Below are positions 16,371-26,956 of a stretch of DNA of 60,966 nucleotides, piece by piece. The stretch comes from Verrucomicrobiota bacterium. Lineage in GTDB: Bacteria > Verrucomicrobiota > Kiritimatiellia > JAAZAB01. The notes beneath the pieces were generated by a model. That model made no database searches, was not told where the DNA came from, and saw only the letters and a program-made list of their open reading frames with translations. A program made the position numbers and the translations under genes. The DNA lies in contig JBDRJR010000051.1 of assembly GCA_043814705.1 (NCBI GenBank), positions 1-60,966 on the forward strand. The letters are read 5' to 3'. Position 1 is the first letter of the stretch. Every line of letters begins with the position of its first letter.

Positions 16371-17750
16371 ATGAACCGGAAGGCATGCGCAAATCTGATG
16401 CTCGCCGGCATTCTGGCGCTGGCATCCGTTGCATCGGAACTGTATGCGCAGTCCGCGGAAACCGACCAGCTCAAGGCCACCATGAAGTCGCACGATCAGG
16501 TCATTCAGGAACTGAAACTGCGAATCGCCGACCTTGAGAAACAGAAGGCCTATGTATTGGCCGAACAGCCAACGGGGCATGTAAGCCAGGTGATCTATCG
16601 CCAAACGTATGTTGATAACCAGGCGGCGGCACCCCGACCGGACGACCTCACACTCGACCCGCAATATAGGGGCTTCATCCCCATACCCCACACCATGGCG
16701 ATAATCAGGTTCAACGCCAAGCCGCGCGTGGACTTTATTTTTGACACGGGCAATCCGGGCGACCCCGACCAATTTGTTACCGCGAAAATCCCGGTGGCAG
16801 GCGATCCCGCCAAGGGCGGCGGGAGCCGCTTCAATGTTTCAGCCAAAGGCTCGCGGCTCATGCTTGATGTTCGCGCTCCCACACTGGGAGGAACGCCGAG
16901 ATTCTATTATGAAAACGACTTTTTCGGGTCCGGTAGTTCTACCATGAATTTTCGCATCCGCCATCTCTATGGACAGTATTACAATATCATTCTCGGACAG
17001 ACTTTCAGCGTCTTTGAAGACGCGGACGCCTGGCCTGATACACTGGATTACGAAGGGCCAAATGCCGCAGTTTCCTTGCGTCAACCGCTGTTACGCTATC
17101 AACTCCCCTTAAACAAGCAATGGCAGATAAATTTCGGCGTCGAAAAGCCTTCATCCGAAGTGGATACCAGCGGCGACCCGACGGCGGTTTCGGTCAACCG
17201 GGTGCCCGATATCGGGGTGAATACCCGCTGGGAAGACCCAGCGTTTGGCCATGTTCAGTTGGCCGCCATTGGCCGTGTCATCGGCGCCGACGGCGAAACC
17301 AACGGCAATCAGACCGTTCTCGGCAGCGGGGTAAACCTGTCAGCGGTGAAGTCGCTTTTTAAGCGCGATTCAATTCAGTTTCAGGGAACTCTCGGCCTGG
17401 GAATTGCCCGCTATAATAATGACAACTGCTTTAATAACGATGCCGCCTATAATCAAGCGGGCGACCTGAAGGCCCTGCCTTTCATGGCCGTCATGGTTGG
17501 CTGGACACATGGTTGGACCGAAAAATGGCGTTCGACGGCCAGCTACGGCTTAGTCAACATCAACAACGAAACGTCGCAAGGTCCCAACGCTTGTCACCAG
17601 ACCCACTATGCCAGTTTGAACCTCATGTGGCAGCCGTTTAAATTGCTGACCTTAGGCATGGAAGGGCTCTATGGCCACAAAACGGTGCAAAGCGGCGCCA
17701 CCGGCGCCGATTGGCGCATCCAATTTGGTGTCGTTTACTCCCTTTTTTAA
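16371..17750 (+). CDS. Outer-membrane porin with N-terminal coiled coil (DcaP-like architecture)
   Basis: Signal peptide, coiled coil (QVIQELKLRIADLEKQK), long alternating beta-strand region ending in aromatic ...VVYSLF. The family assignment is from architecture only. Confidence 0.6.
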   Translation: MNRKACANLMLAGILALASVASELYAQSAETDQLKATMKSHDQVIQELKLRIADLEKQKAYVLAEQPTGHVSQVIYRQTYVDNQAAAPRPDDLTLDPQYRGFIPIPHTMAIIRFNAKPRVDFIFDTGNPGDPDQFVTAKIPVAGDPAKGGGSRFNVSAKGSRLMLDVRAPTLGGTPRFYYENDFFGSGSSTMNFRIRHLYGQYYNIILGQTFSVFEDADAWPDTLDYEGPNAAVSLRQPLLRYQLPLNKQWQINFGVEKPSSEVDTSGDPTAVSVNRVPDIGVNTRWEDPAFGHVQLAAIGRVIGADGETNGNQTVLGSGVNLSAVKSLFKRDSIQFQGTLGLGIARYNNDNCFNNDAAYNQAGDLKALPFMAVMVGWTHGWTEKWRSTASYGLVNINNETSQGPNACHQTHYASLNLMWQPFKLLTLGMEGLYGHKTVQSGATGADWRIQFGVVYSLF

Positions 17751-17805
17751 GACAGGCATCTGCGCCATCTAAAAATTATTCAGTGTCTAACGGTTCGGAC
17801 GGTTT

Positions 17806-19137
17806 ATGCAGGAATTTGAACCCATCCTAAATAAAGTCTCTGATTTTGTCTGGAGTTGGCCGCTGATTATCCTGCTCTTCGGCACGCATATTTATCTCAC
17901 CATCCGCTTGAAGTTTATCCAGCGTTACATAGGCCGCGCGATCAAAATCTCGTTCAGTCAGAAACGGGAAGGACAAGGCGACATCAGCCAGTTCGGGTCG
18001 CTTATGACCGCGCTTGCCGCTACAATCGGGACCGGTAATATTGTCGGTGTGTCCACGGCCGTTGCGCTGGGCGGACCAGGCGCCGTTTTATGGATGTGGC
18101 TTACCGGCGTGTTTGGCATCGCGACAAAATATTCCGAAGCACTGCTGGCGGTGAAATACCGCATAACCGATTCTGACGGCACAATGGCGGGCGGTCCGAT
18201 GTATGTTCTTGAGCGCGGCATGGGACAGAAATGGCTTGCCGTTATATTTGCGGTATTCACGGCCATAGCCGCGTTCGGCATCGGGAACATGGTGCAGGCC
18301 AATTCCATATCAGTGCTTTTAAACAACACTTTTCATGTCGCGCCGTGGATCAGCGGCGTAGTTATGACAATCCTCACGGCCGTGGTAATTTTGGGAGGCA
18401 TCAAATCCATTGCCAGGACCTGCGGTGCGCTTGTCCCCTTCATGGCCGTTTTTTACGTTGTTGGCTGTCTGGTGATCCTGGCAATTAATTATAAGGCAAT
18501 CCCGTCAAGTATTATGCTGATTTTAAATTCCGCATTTACCGGGCAGGCGGCCATTGGCGGTTTTCTGGGAGCAGGCGTGAAGGAAACCGTGCGATACGGC
18601 GTGGCGCGCGGTCTGTTCTCCAACGAATCAGGGCTGGGCTCGGCACCGATTGTCGCGGCGGCGGCGCAAACAAAGACACCGGCCCGTCAAGGGCTTGTCT
18701 CATCCACCGGAACATTCTGGGATACCGTGGTCGTTTGTGCGTTGACGGGACTTGTCATTATCAGTTCCGGAGACTGGACTTCCGGTCTATCCGGGCCGGC
18801 ATTGACGCAAAGCGCATTTAACGCCATCCCTTGTATTGGCCCGTTTGTTCTGACGGTGGGTCTGCTGACATTTGTTTTTTCCACAATATTGGGATGGTCT
18901 TATTACGGCGAAAAGGCCGTGGAATATCTGTTTGGCATCAGAGCCGTGAGGCCGTATCGCTATGTTTGGATTGCGGCCGTAATGATCGGTTCGGTTGCAA
19001 CCATGCCGGCAGTGTGGTCGTTTGCCGATATCGCCAATGGCCTGATGGCCGTCCCCAACCTTATTGCACTCATTGTCCTTACGCCAGTTATCTGCCGCGA
19101 GACAAAACAATATTTCAACGAAAATCAAACGGAATAA
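17806..19137 (+). CDS. Sodium:alanine (AGCS family) amino-acid symporter
   Basis: GSLMTALAATIGTGNIVGVSTAVALGGPGAVLWMW is the AGCS signature region. About 11 TM segments. Confidence 0.85.
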   Translation: MQEFEPILNKVSDFVWSWPLIILLFGTHIYLTIRLKFIQRYIGRAIKISFSQKREGQGDISQFGSLMTALAATIGTGNIVGVSTAVALGGPGAVLWMWLTGVFGIATKYSEALLAVKYRITDSDGTMAGGPMYVLERGMGQKWLAVIFAVFTAIAAFGIGNMVQANSISVLLNNTFHVAPWISGVVMTILTAVVILGGIKSIARTCGALVPFMAVFYVVGCLVILAINYKAIPSSIMLILNSAFTGQAAIGGFLGAGVKETVRYGVARGLFSNESGLGSAPIVAAAAQTKTPARQGLVSSTGTFWDTVVVCALTGLVIISSGDWTSGLSGPALTQSAFNAIPCIGPFVLTVGLLTFVFSTILGWSYYGEKAVEYLFGIRAVRPYRYVWIAAVMIGSVATMPAVWSFADIANGLMAVPNLIALIVLTPVICRETKQYFNENQTE

Positions 19138-19166
19138 TCATGAAATGAAATTAGAAAGGATGAATT

Positions 19167-21464
19167 ATGCGCTGGAAATCAATCGCGGGCATGATGTTGT
19201 TGTCTCCCGGACTTTTACTGCAGGCCGCCAATGTGTCGGAACCTTGCGCCAAGCGGCTAAATTATAAAATAGTTCTTCCCGAAGGCCAAACTGAAATCCA
19301 GAAAACCGCGGCCGAAGAACTTGCTAAATTCCTGGAAAAAATCTACGACCAGCCGATCGTCTTTAACGGATCGGACGAGCCTTTGACGTTTTTTGTCGGC
19401 GTGGGACTTGATGCGGTAATGGCCGGGTTCACCGACATTCCCGACATGGCCAAGGACGAGGCCTTCGGTGTATTCGCGCATGAGCGGGGAATACTTCTCC
19501 ATGGATACGACGACGCCACGGCGCCCTTTGAGGCCATCGGCCGCGCGGGAACATTGCATGCCGTCTATTATCTTCTCACCAGGGAAATGGGGGTTGATTT
19601 TTTCTTCCAGGGCGAAGCCGGGATGGCGCTGACGAAAAACACCCCGCTCGCGTTGAAACAAGGAAACGCCGTGCCCGTACCTTCATTTTCCATGCGCGGT
19701 TTTTCTTTCGATACGAAAGAATTTACCGGCGCGGAAAACAGGGCCTTTTATCACCGAATGCTGTGTTCACAACCCCGACGGCAGAATGCCAAGTCATATT
19801 ATTTCGAGGACTGGGAAAAGCGCTTTTTCGAGACAAAGCCGGAATATTTCGCCGAGGTTGACGGCCGGCGCGTATTTCATCATTACCATAACGGCAACAT
19901 GTGCTACATGAATCCGGCGGTTGTCCGACAGGCCGCGGGCGACATTATCGAAATTTTCAACAAGAATCCCGGCATCAAAACAGTGCGCTTCCTGAGCGAC
20001 AACAATTACAGCCCCTGCCTGTGCAAAAAATGCAGTGCCGCGGAAGTCCGGAGAATATCGAACGCACAGGAGCACTACAGCGAAGAGTATTTCGCATTTG
20101 TCCAGCGTGTCGCGGAAATCGTTTTCCGCGTCCATCCTGATTGTTTTTTCATCTGTAACACGAAGCCGAACCTTTATGACAGGCCGCCTGCAACCGTAAA
20201 ACTTGATCGCCGGGTGATAATTGACTATCTCACGCGCCGATCCGATCCGAACGCCTATCCCGATCTTCTGAAAGCGCAAATCGCGCTTATTGACGAATGG
20301 CGGAAAAACGGCAATCCCATTTATGTCAAAGACTACAACCGGTATCCCCACTTCAAGGACTACCCCCTGATGACGCATCACTATACGGCGCGCTATCTCG
20401 GGTTATTAAAAGGACATGTGCTGGGTGTTATCCGCTCGGACATGTCGCCGAATGCCCCATTCGTCTTCAGCGCGCTGAATAATTACGTGCAGGGCAGGCT
20501 TCTCTTCGATCTTTCCGAAGACGTTGACGGAATTGTCCGCCGGTTCGTATCATACTGTTACCCCGGGGCGGAAACGGAAATGATCGCGTTCTATAACGGG
20601 ATGGAGCGCATCTGGGCATCCAACTCCAATTTTTCGGGGGATCCTCTCCAGACCATTTATTGTCCGGAAAACCTTTCCGACCCCCGCCGGCTACTCAAGG
20701 AGGCGCGCAAAAAACTTGCCGGCAAATCCGTTCTTCTTGATAAAATGGAGCCGGCGTTCGAAGAATTCTGCCGGCAATCAGAAAACGCCGATCCGGCCGG
20801 GCGAAGGGAATATAACGCCCGCAAAAAGCTTCTCGAAAAGCCGATGCTCGTAAAGCGCGCGCGGGGCGCCATCGCCATTGACGGCGAAATCGGCGCTGAC
20901 GAATGGGCCGGCGCCGGCGAATATCAATTCCAACCCGCGCTCGATATGCGCGACCTGCAAAAAGGCGATCCCTTTCAGACATCCAGCGTCCGTATTATGC
21001 ATGATGGCAAGGCGCTTTATATCGCTCTGACAGCCGATGAAACGAAAATGGACCGGCTTTCCGTCGTGTGCGGCACAAACGGGAAAGGCGCCATCTGGGG
21101 CGACGATTCGTTTGAGGTCATGCTCGTTCCCTCTGAAGCAAAATATCCCTATTACCAGATAATTGTAAACGCATCCGGCTTCTACCGCGTGTTCCATTAC
21201 CAGCCCGGCGGCAAGCGCGACGACAAGCTGGAAATCGTGGAAACGGCAAAAGTTAAACGCGGCGAAAACGGATATTCGATCGAGCTGAAAGTGCCGCTCC
21301 ACCACTTTCCGGAAGGAACCAGTCCGAACCAATGGAAATTCAACGCCTTCCGAAACCGCGTGATAGACGGCACGGCGGCAAATCGCCAGAGTTCCGGCCT
21401 TTCAATTCTCGGCAATAATTTCCACCAACATGACGCGTATTTCACACTGCAATGGGAGAAGTAA
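19167..21464 (+). CDS. Secreted 765-aa protein, function unknown; C-terminal CBM9/DOMON-like carbohydrate-binding module, N-terminal part reminiscent of DUF4838
   Basis: Signal peptide MRWKSIAGMMLLSPGLLLQA. The C-terminal ~190 aa (IAIDGEIGADEWAGAGEY..SFEVMLVP..YYQIIVNASG..GYSIELKVPL..WKFNAFRN) fits the CBM9 pattern. The N-terminal assignment is weak. Confidence 0.55.
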   Translation: MRWKSIAGMMLLSPGLLLQAANVSEPCAKRLNYKIVLPEGQTEIQKTAAEELAKFLEKIYDQPIVFNGSDEPLTFFVGVGLDAVMAGFTDIPDMAKDEAFGVFAHERGILLHGYDDATAPFEAIGRAGTLHAVYYLLTREMGVDFFFQGEAGMALTKNTPLALKQGNAVPVPSFSMRGFSFDTKEFTGAENRAFYHRMLCSQPRRQNAKSYYFEDWEKRFFETKPEYFAEVDGRRVFHHYHNGNMCYMNPAVVRQAAGDIIEIFNKNPGIKTVRFLSDNNYSPCLCKKCSAAEVRRISNAQEHYSEEYFAFVQRVAEIVFRVHPDCFFICNTKPNLYDRPPATVKLDRRVIIDYLTRRSDPNAYPDLLKAQIALIDEWRKNGNPIYVKDYNRYPHFKDYPLMTHHYTARYLGLLKGHVLGVIRSDMSPNAPFVFSALNNYVQGRLLFDLSEDVDGIVRRFVSYCYPGAETEMIAFYNGMERIWASNSNFSGDPLQTIYCPENLSDPRRLLKEARKKLAGKSVLLDKMEPAFEEFCRQSENADPAGRREYNARKKLLEKPMLVKRARGAIAIDGEIGADEWAGAGEYQFQPALDMRDLQKGDPFQTSSVRIMHDGKALYIALTADETKMDRLSVVCGTNGKGAIWGDDSFEVMLVPSEAKYPYYQIIVNASGFYRVFHYQPGGKRDDKLEIVETAKVKRGENGYSIELKVPLHHFPEGTSPNQWKFNAFRNRVIDGTAANRQSSGLSILGNNFHQHDAYFTLQWEK

Positions 21465-21528
21465 CAAAAACTTTGATGCTGACCGCTTCACCGCAAGGAT
21501 TCCATAAAGCGAACATGGCGTGCGGACT

Positions 21529-23052
21529 TCAATACGCCTTTGCAAACAGCACACGGCGGAAACTGGCTTTGCCGGTGAAGGGACAAACTCCCCGTTCCTG
21601 CGGAGAATCCAGGGGAATACAGCGGACGGTGACACCCAGATCGTTTTTCAGTACTGCTTCCGCCGCCGCATCGCCGCCCCAATGGGCCATCGCAAAACCG
21701 CCGTGGATTTCCGGCTTCGCGGCATTGCGCGGCGTGAAAAACTCGTAAAATTCCTGGCGGCTGTCAATCTGACGGGTATGCGCCTCGCGCAAGGCGCGCG
21801 CCCGTGCCAGGATCGCAGACTGGATTTCATCCAGCAGTGTGCCGATGGTCGCTATCAGCTCGGCGCGCGGCACGCTCCGGCGCTCCTTGTGCGGTTTGTC
21901 GCGCCGCCCCATGAAAACGGCGTCGGCGGCCATATCGCGCGGACCGACTTCCAAGCGCATGGGAATGCCCTTCTTGATCCAGCCCCACACCTTGTCCCCA
22001 CCCCGCCCTTCGCGCGCATCCACTTCCACTGCCAGCGCCCGGCCATCATAGGAAACGGCGCGCAGTTCCGCGGCCACACGGTCGCAATACGTCAGAACGC
22101 CGGCGCGGTCGGCTTCCTTATGAATTACCGGCAGGATCACAACGTGGGCAGGCGCCAGACGCGGCGGCAGGATAAGTCCATCATCGTCGCTATGGGTCAT
22201 GATGAGTCCGCCAATCAGGCGCGTGGAGACCCCCCAGGAAGTGGTCCAGGCCAGGCTTTCCTGCCCATTGGCATCCAGGAATTTGATTTCGCAGGCGCGC
22301 GCAAAATTCTGGCCCAGGAAATGGGATGTGCCCGCCTGCAGGGCTTTGCGGTCCTGCATCATGGCCTCAATGCTGTAAGTGGCCACCGCGCCGGGAAAGC
22401 GTTCGGATTCGGTTTTTTCGCCCATAACAACCGGCATGGCCATGGTATGTTCGGCGAACTCGGCATAGACTTTCAGCATCCGCGCCGTTTCTTCCCTGGC
22501 TTCCGCCTCGCCGGCGTGGGCGGTATGGCCTTCCTGCCACAGGAATTCCGTGGTCCGTAAAAACATGCGCGTGCGCATCTCCCAGCGCACGATGTTGGCC
22601 CACTGGTTGATCAACAGCGGCAAATCACGATAGGACTGCACCCACTTGGCAAACATGGCGCCAATGATGGTTTCCGAGGTCGGGCGCACCACCAGCGGTT
22701 CGTCAAGTTCGCCCACCGGCACCAGCTTGCCTTCCGGCGAAAGCTCCAGGCGGTGATGCGTGACCACCGCGCATTCCTTGGCAAAGCCCTCAACGTGTTT
22801 GGCTTCCTTTTCCAGAAAACTCAGCGGAATGAAAAGCGGGAAATAGGCATTGCGATGCCCGGTGGCCTTGAACCGGCCGTCCAGCACGCGCTGGATATTT
22901 TCCCAAATGCTGTAGCCCCAGGGTTTGATCACCATGCATCCGCGCACCGGCGAAAGCTCCGCCAGGTCGGCGGCGCGAATGACCTGCTGGTACCATTCCG
23001 GATAGTCTTCCGCCCGGGTGGGTGAAATTGCGGTGGTTTGTTTATCGGCCAT
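21529..23052 (-). CDS. proS: Proline--tRNA ligase (archaeal/eukaryote-like type)
   Basis: 507 aa. YPEWYQQVIRAADLAE..RGCMVIKPWGYSIWE, class II motifs, C-terminal zinc-binding-type domain ending ...LFAKAY. Confidence 0.9.
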   Translation of the reverse strand: MADKQTTAISPTRAEDYPEWYQQVIRAADLAELSPVRGCMVIKPWGYSIWENIQRVLDGRFKATGHRNAYFPLFIPLSFLEKEAKHVEGFAKECAVVTHHRLELSPEGKLVPVGELDEPLVVRPTSETIIGAMFAKWVQSYRDLPLLINQWANIVRWEMRTRMFLRTTEFLWQEGHTAHAGEAEAREETARMLKVYAEFAEHTMAMPVVMGEKTESERFPGAVATYSIEAMMQDRKALQAGTSHFLGQNFARACEIKFLDANGQESLAWTTSWGVSTRLIGGLIMTHSDDDGLILPPRLAPAHVVILPVIHKEADRAGVLTYCDRVAAELRAVSYDGRALAVEVDAREGRGGDKVWGWIKKGIPMRLEVGPRDMAADAVFMGRRDKPHKERRSVPRAELIATIGTLLDEIQSAILARARALREAHTRQIDSRQEFYEFFTPRNAAKPEIHGGFAMAHWGGDAAAEAVLKNDLGVTVRCIPLDSPQERGVCPFTGKASFRRVLFAKAY

Positions 23053-23107
23053 GGATTATATTCCTTTGAGGTGGTTTTAGTAATGCCCAGTTGCGTGGGG
23101 GTGTAAA

Positions 23108-23150
23108 TGCGGTTCGGTAGAACCGCAGATTGCCGTTCTGGCGAACGGCA
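23108..23150. promoter_or_regulatory. Twin 8-bp-stem/4-nt-loop hairpins in the proS/plpD-like divergent region
   Basis: TGCGGTTC-GGTA-GAACCGCA gat TGCCGTTC-TGGC-GAACGGCA. The two differ by a compensatory G:C to C:G swap. Confidence 0.6.
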
Positions 23151-23356
23151 GCTACACCTGATTCGCGATGCCCAATCCTGTTATGCGCATATCTTCCCCC
23201 ACGTAATTGAGGTTGCCAATTTTATGATATCGACGTGTTAGATACCATCTGGTATTTATCAGAGCTATACATGTCAGGCAAGCGCAAATCCATTTATGAC
23301 TGCTGATTTTTGATTTCTGATTTAACAAACAGCAATCGGAACCGGGCAATTATTCA

Positions 23357-25612
23357 ATGATGAGTGGCTTTTTCCGTTATTATATCGTCGGCGCCATCTT
23401 TTTCTGCGCCGGTATGCTCCCGGCCGGCATGGCCGCGGACTCGCCGCCGGCGATTAATCCGGACACCGCCACGGCCCGGCAACCGCGGATTGGGCTGGTT
23501 TTGGGCGGCGGCGGCGCCAAAGGGATTGCCCATATCGGCGTACTCCGGGTTTTAGAGGAAATGCGCATCCCCATCGCTTATGTCGGCGGCACCAGCATGG
23601 GCGCAATCGTCGGCGGTTTTTATGCCGCGGGCCTGGCGCCCGATGAAATTGCCGTTATTTTGGAATCCATGGACTGGTGGGATGCAATGAAGGATCAGCC
23701 CCCGCGGCGCGATCAAATCTATCGCCGCAAGATCGAAAGCCAACGTTACTTTCTCAATTTTGAAATGGGCCTGAAACATTGGGCCATCATGTTGCCGCGC
23801 TCAGCCGTGGCCGGGCAGAAATTGAACTACGTGCTGGAAACCCATACGCTCGCCACGGCGGCCATCACAAATTTTGATCAACTCTACCTGCCGTTCCGGT
23901 GCGTGGCCACGGATATCCAAACGGGTAAGGCCGTTATTCTCGACCATGGTTCATTGGCCGAGTCCATGCGCGCCAGCATGGCCGTTCCCGGTCTTTTTAC
24001 GCCCATTACCATCGAAGAACGCCTGCTGGTTGACGGCGGACTTGTAAACAACATCCCGGTTGACGTTGTCCGCGCCATGGGCGCCGACACGATTATCGCC
24101 GTGGACGTTGGCGCCTCCGACGTCGAAGCACAGAAAAAAATTCCGTTGGAAACAATCAGCGCCATTCTATCGCGCTCCTACACACTGCTCAAACGGCCTG
24201 AGGAAGAGAAGCAACTGGCCAACGCCGATATAATCATTGCGCCCCAGGAATCCGATCTGGGCGCCGGCGAATTTTACCGTGTAAACGAGTTTATCGAACG
24301 CGGCGAAGCCGCGGCCCGGACCATGGCCGACAATCTGAAGAAGTTCAGCGTCAGCGCCATTGAATTTCAGCAATACCTGCGGCATCAACGGCGCAAGCCG
24401 GCAATCCCCATGCAAGTGACGTCCATCACGATCAGCGGCAATCACCGCGCCAGCGAAGAGTATATCCGCAGTCATATCCATACCCGCACCAACACACAAC
24501 TTGATCCCCGGGCTTTGCAAAAAGATATTGACCGCATCTTCTGCCTGGGTGATTTCGAGTGGGTGGATTATTTGATACATCCGGAAAACGACGGCACGCA
24601 TGGCAGTGTCGAATATCGCGTCATGAAAAAACCATGGGGGCCCAATTATTTTCACTTCGGGTTCCGCCTGGAAACAGATATGGACAATAACACCCCGTTT
24701 GCGCTTTTGCTCAATTTTAATCGGCTGGCCGTCAACGCCCTCGGCGCCGAGTGGCGTAACGACCTCGTGCTCGGAAATGAGCAGGGGGTCATGAGCGAAT
24801 TTTTTCAGCCCCTTGATTATAAAAACCGGGTTTTTGTTGCACCGCGGGTCCTCTATAATCAGACTTACCAGAATTATTATGAGGCCAACACCAGCGTGGC
24901 GCGTTACGATGTCACACGCTATGGCGGGCAATTCGATGCCGGCCTGCAATTTGACAATTACGGCGAAGCCCGCGTCGGAATCTACCGGGGCAGGCTTTCG
25001 GCCCGGAACAATGTCGGTTCGAGCGAATTTCCCGACTTTAACCAGGATGAAGGCAAATGGCAGGCAAGCCTGACGCTTGACCAGGTGGATAGCTCGACTT
25101 TTCCGCGCAACGGGTATTATTTTGAAGCGCTTGCTTTTCTTGCGCAGGATTATCTGGGCAACGGGGCCAGCAATAATTACGAGCAATTGTCAATGCGCGG
25201 CAACTTTTTCAAGTCATTCGGCAATCACACAATCTTTCTGAGCGCCATGGGCGGCACAAGTTTCGGCTCGGATGTGCCGCTTTTTGATCAATTTACCATC
25301 GGTGGTTTTACCAGTTTGGCCGGTTATTCACAATACCGCTTCCGTGGTCCATATGCGGCCGTTGGTCGAATCGGATATTTCTATCGCCTTTTTAAGCTTG
25401 CGCCGAGCTTCGGTCAGGGTGTCTATCTTGGCGGCATGCTAAATGCAGGCAACACCTGGCAATCCGCGAGCGACATTGATCTGGGCGATGTTCATCCCGG
25501 CGCCGCGGCAATGCTGGGAATTGACTCGATTATCGGGCCGATTTACCTGGCCTACGCCCGGGGTGAATACAACAGTAATCAATACTGGTTGTCCGTCGGC
25601 AACCGTTTTTAA
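23357..25612 (+). CDS. Patatin-like phospholipase fused to POTRA/Omp85 beta-barrel (PlpD-like, type Vd autotransporter)
   Basis: Patatin motifs GLVLGGGGAKG and GTSMGAIVG, DGG near the end of the lipase domain, then a POTRA-like segment and a C-terminal barrel ending ...YWLSVGNRF. Confidence 0.8.
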   Translation: MMSGFFRYYIVGAIFFCAGMLPAGMAADSPPAINPDTATARQPRIGLVLGGGGAKGIAHIGVLRVLEEMRIPIAYVGGTSMGAIVGGFYAAGLAPDEIAVILESMDWWDAMKDQPPRRDQIYRRKIESQRYFLNFEMGLKHWAIMLPRSAVAGQKLNYVLETHTLATAAITNFDQLYLPFRCVATDIQTGKAVILDHGSLAESMRASMAVPGLFTPITIEERLLVDGGLVNNIPVDVVRAMGADTIIAVDVGASDVEAQKKIPLETISAILSRSYTLLKRPEEEKQLANADIIIAPQESDLGAGEFYRVNEFIERGEAAARTMADNLKKFSVSAIEFQQYLRHQRRKPAIPMQVTSITISGNHRASEEYIRSHIHTRTNTQLDPRALQKDIDRIFCLGDFEWVDYLIHPENDGTHGSVEYRVMKKPWGPNYFHFGFRLETDMDNNTPFALLLNFNRLAVNALGAEWRNDLVLGNEQGVMSEFFQPLDYKNRVFVAPRVLYNQTYQNYYEANTSVARYDVTRYGGQFDAGLQFDNYGEARVGIYRGRLSARNNVGSSEFPDFNQDEGKWQASLTLDQVDSSTFPRNGYYFEALAFLAQDYLGNGASNNYEQLSMRGNFFKSFGNHTIFLSAMGGTSFGSDVPLFDQFTIGGFTSLAGYSQYRFRGPYAAVGRIGYFYRLFKLAPSFGQGVYLGGMLNAGNTWQSASDIDLGDVHPGAAAMLGIDSIIGPIYLAYARGEYNSNQYWLSVGNRF

Positions 25613-25620
25613 GATCGGCG

Positions 25621-25690
25621 TTAGCGCGGGCTATGCCCACACACCAAACAAAACAAGTCCAGCCACAAAGACACGGCGGCACGAAGGAAG
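25621..25690. repeat. Composite Z + Y-arm module (reverse orientation)
   Basis: The reverse complement aligns with 58215-58285 (..GTGCCGCCGTGTCTTTGTGG..TTGTTTTGTTTGG..GGGCATAGCCCGCG..). Confidence 0.8.
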
Positions 25691-25725
25691 TGGTTGTCCC
25701 TTATCACCGCAGGCCGATAAACCAC

Positions 25726-26937
25726 ATGTGTTCTTTTCCGTCCCGGCGTTGCGTGCCCAAGCCGCTCTTGCTGCATATCTTTTTGTTCATGATCGCGGCG
25801 CCTAATGTTCATTGCACAAATACAACGCCTGATCATCAGGCCGCGCCATCGTCGGCATTGACGCCTGAGACCGTGAGCGCTACGGCGGCGATACAAGTCG
25901 TGGGCGTGACATCCAATTCGCATGTCCCCCTCATTGTGGCCAGCACCAACTGCTGGTTCGCGGCCACTAACTGGTCTCAAAGATTGGACTGGTTCCACGA
26001 CACGGTCAATGCTACAATTAACCAGAATATCCAGTACGCAGATTACTGGTTCATTGATGATCCGGCAAATCGCGTGCCATTTGAACCGCCCAAGTTCAGG
26101 CTCGGCCTGCAGATTGAAGCGGATTATTTTGCGCATACCAATAAATTTGCACTCAAGCCCCTGGCCGACACCGAGTGCGAAGTTCACATGCTGAACGCCG
26201 AAAAACGGTTCCGGCTGACAATCTCGACGCTCGATCCCATGGCTTTGCCCGGTCAGGACTCCAACCAGGGCATAAGCGGTTTTCGCGTTGGACTAAAAAA
26301 GTGGCTTTTCAAGCATATTGACACCTCCTTTGGCGTGCGCCTGAAATGGCTGCCGTCCATTTACGCTAACATCGCCTGGGAACCCCGTTATAAGCTGGAC
26401 GCCTGGGATATATATCCGGAACAGAAAGCCGGCTGGGAAAGCGATGACGGCATCTATGAAATCAGCAGTTTGATGCTGAATCGTTGGGTTAACCGCTGGG
26501 TGATCCGCCCCGTCGCCTCGCTGAAGCTGAGCCGTGACCGGTACAAGCGCGATATGGATCAGCTGGATCAGGAAAGGCAGGCCGCCGAAGCCGCCGGACT
26601 CCCTCCGCCCGACGGAAATTACCTGAAAGGCTGGGATTGGGAATTAACCTTGCTTAGCGGGTATGCGCACGAACTGTTTGATGAAACCGTTTACGGGCGT
26701 CTGGCAGATGGCAGTGACGTCGCCCGTGGCGGCGGCTTTCGTTTTTCGGTGCTCGGCAGTCTGCACATTGTCGAGTCTTACAATTTGACGTTTCTTTACC
26801 GCGGCCACCTTTACAAGCAATGGCTTTACTATTTAATCAAACCGGGTATAAGCTGGCAGCATGAAAATGATTGGGCGGCTGACTACAGTCTATCGATAGG
26901 CTTCGATATCCTCCTATACGGAACCAAGGAACGCTGA
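25726..26937 (+). CDS. Hypothetical envelope protein (possible outer-membrane protein)
   Basis: ATG at 25726 gives a hydrophobic N-terminus (LLLHIFLFMIAAPNVHC). Rich in aromatic/alternating segments. No motif recognised. The 25633 extension is encoded by a repeat. Confidence 0.55.
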   Translation: MCSFPSRRCVPKPLLLHIFLFMIAAPNVHCTNTTPDHQAAPSSALTPETVSATAAIQVVGVTSNSHVPLIVASTNCWFAATNWSQRLDWFHDTVNATINQNIQYADYWFIDDPANRVPFEPPKFRLGLQIEADYFAHTNKFALKPLADTECEVHMLNAEKRFRLTISTLDPMALPGQDSNQGISGFRVGLKKWLFKHIDTSFGVRLKWLPSIYANIAWEPRYKLDAWDIYPEQKAGWESDDGIYEISSLMLNRWVNRWVIRPVASLKLSRDRYKRDMDQLDQERQAAEAAGLPPPDGNYLKGWDWELTLLSGYAHELFDETVYGRLADGSDVARGGGFRFSVLGSLHIVESYNLTFLYRGHLYKQWLYYLIKPGISWQHENDWAADYSLSIGFDILLYGTKER

Positions 26938-26956
26938 CAATCATTCGACCGGACTT

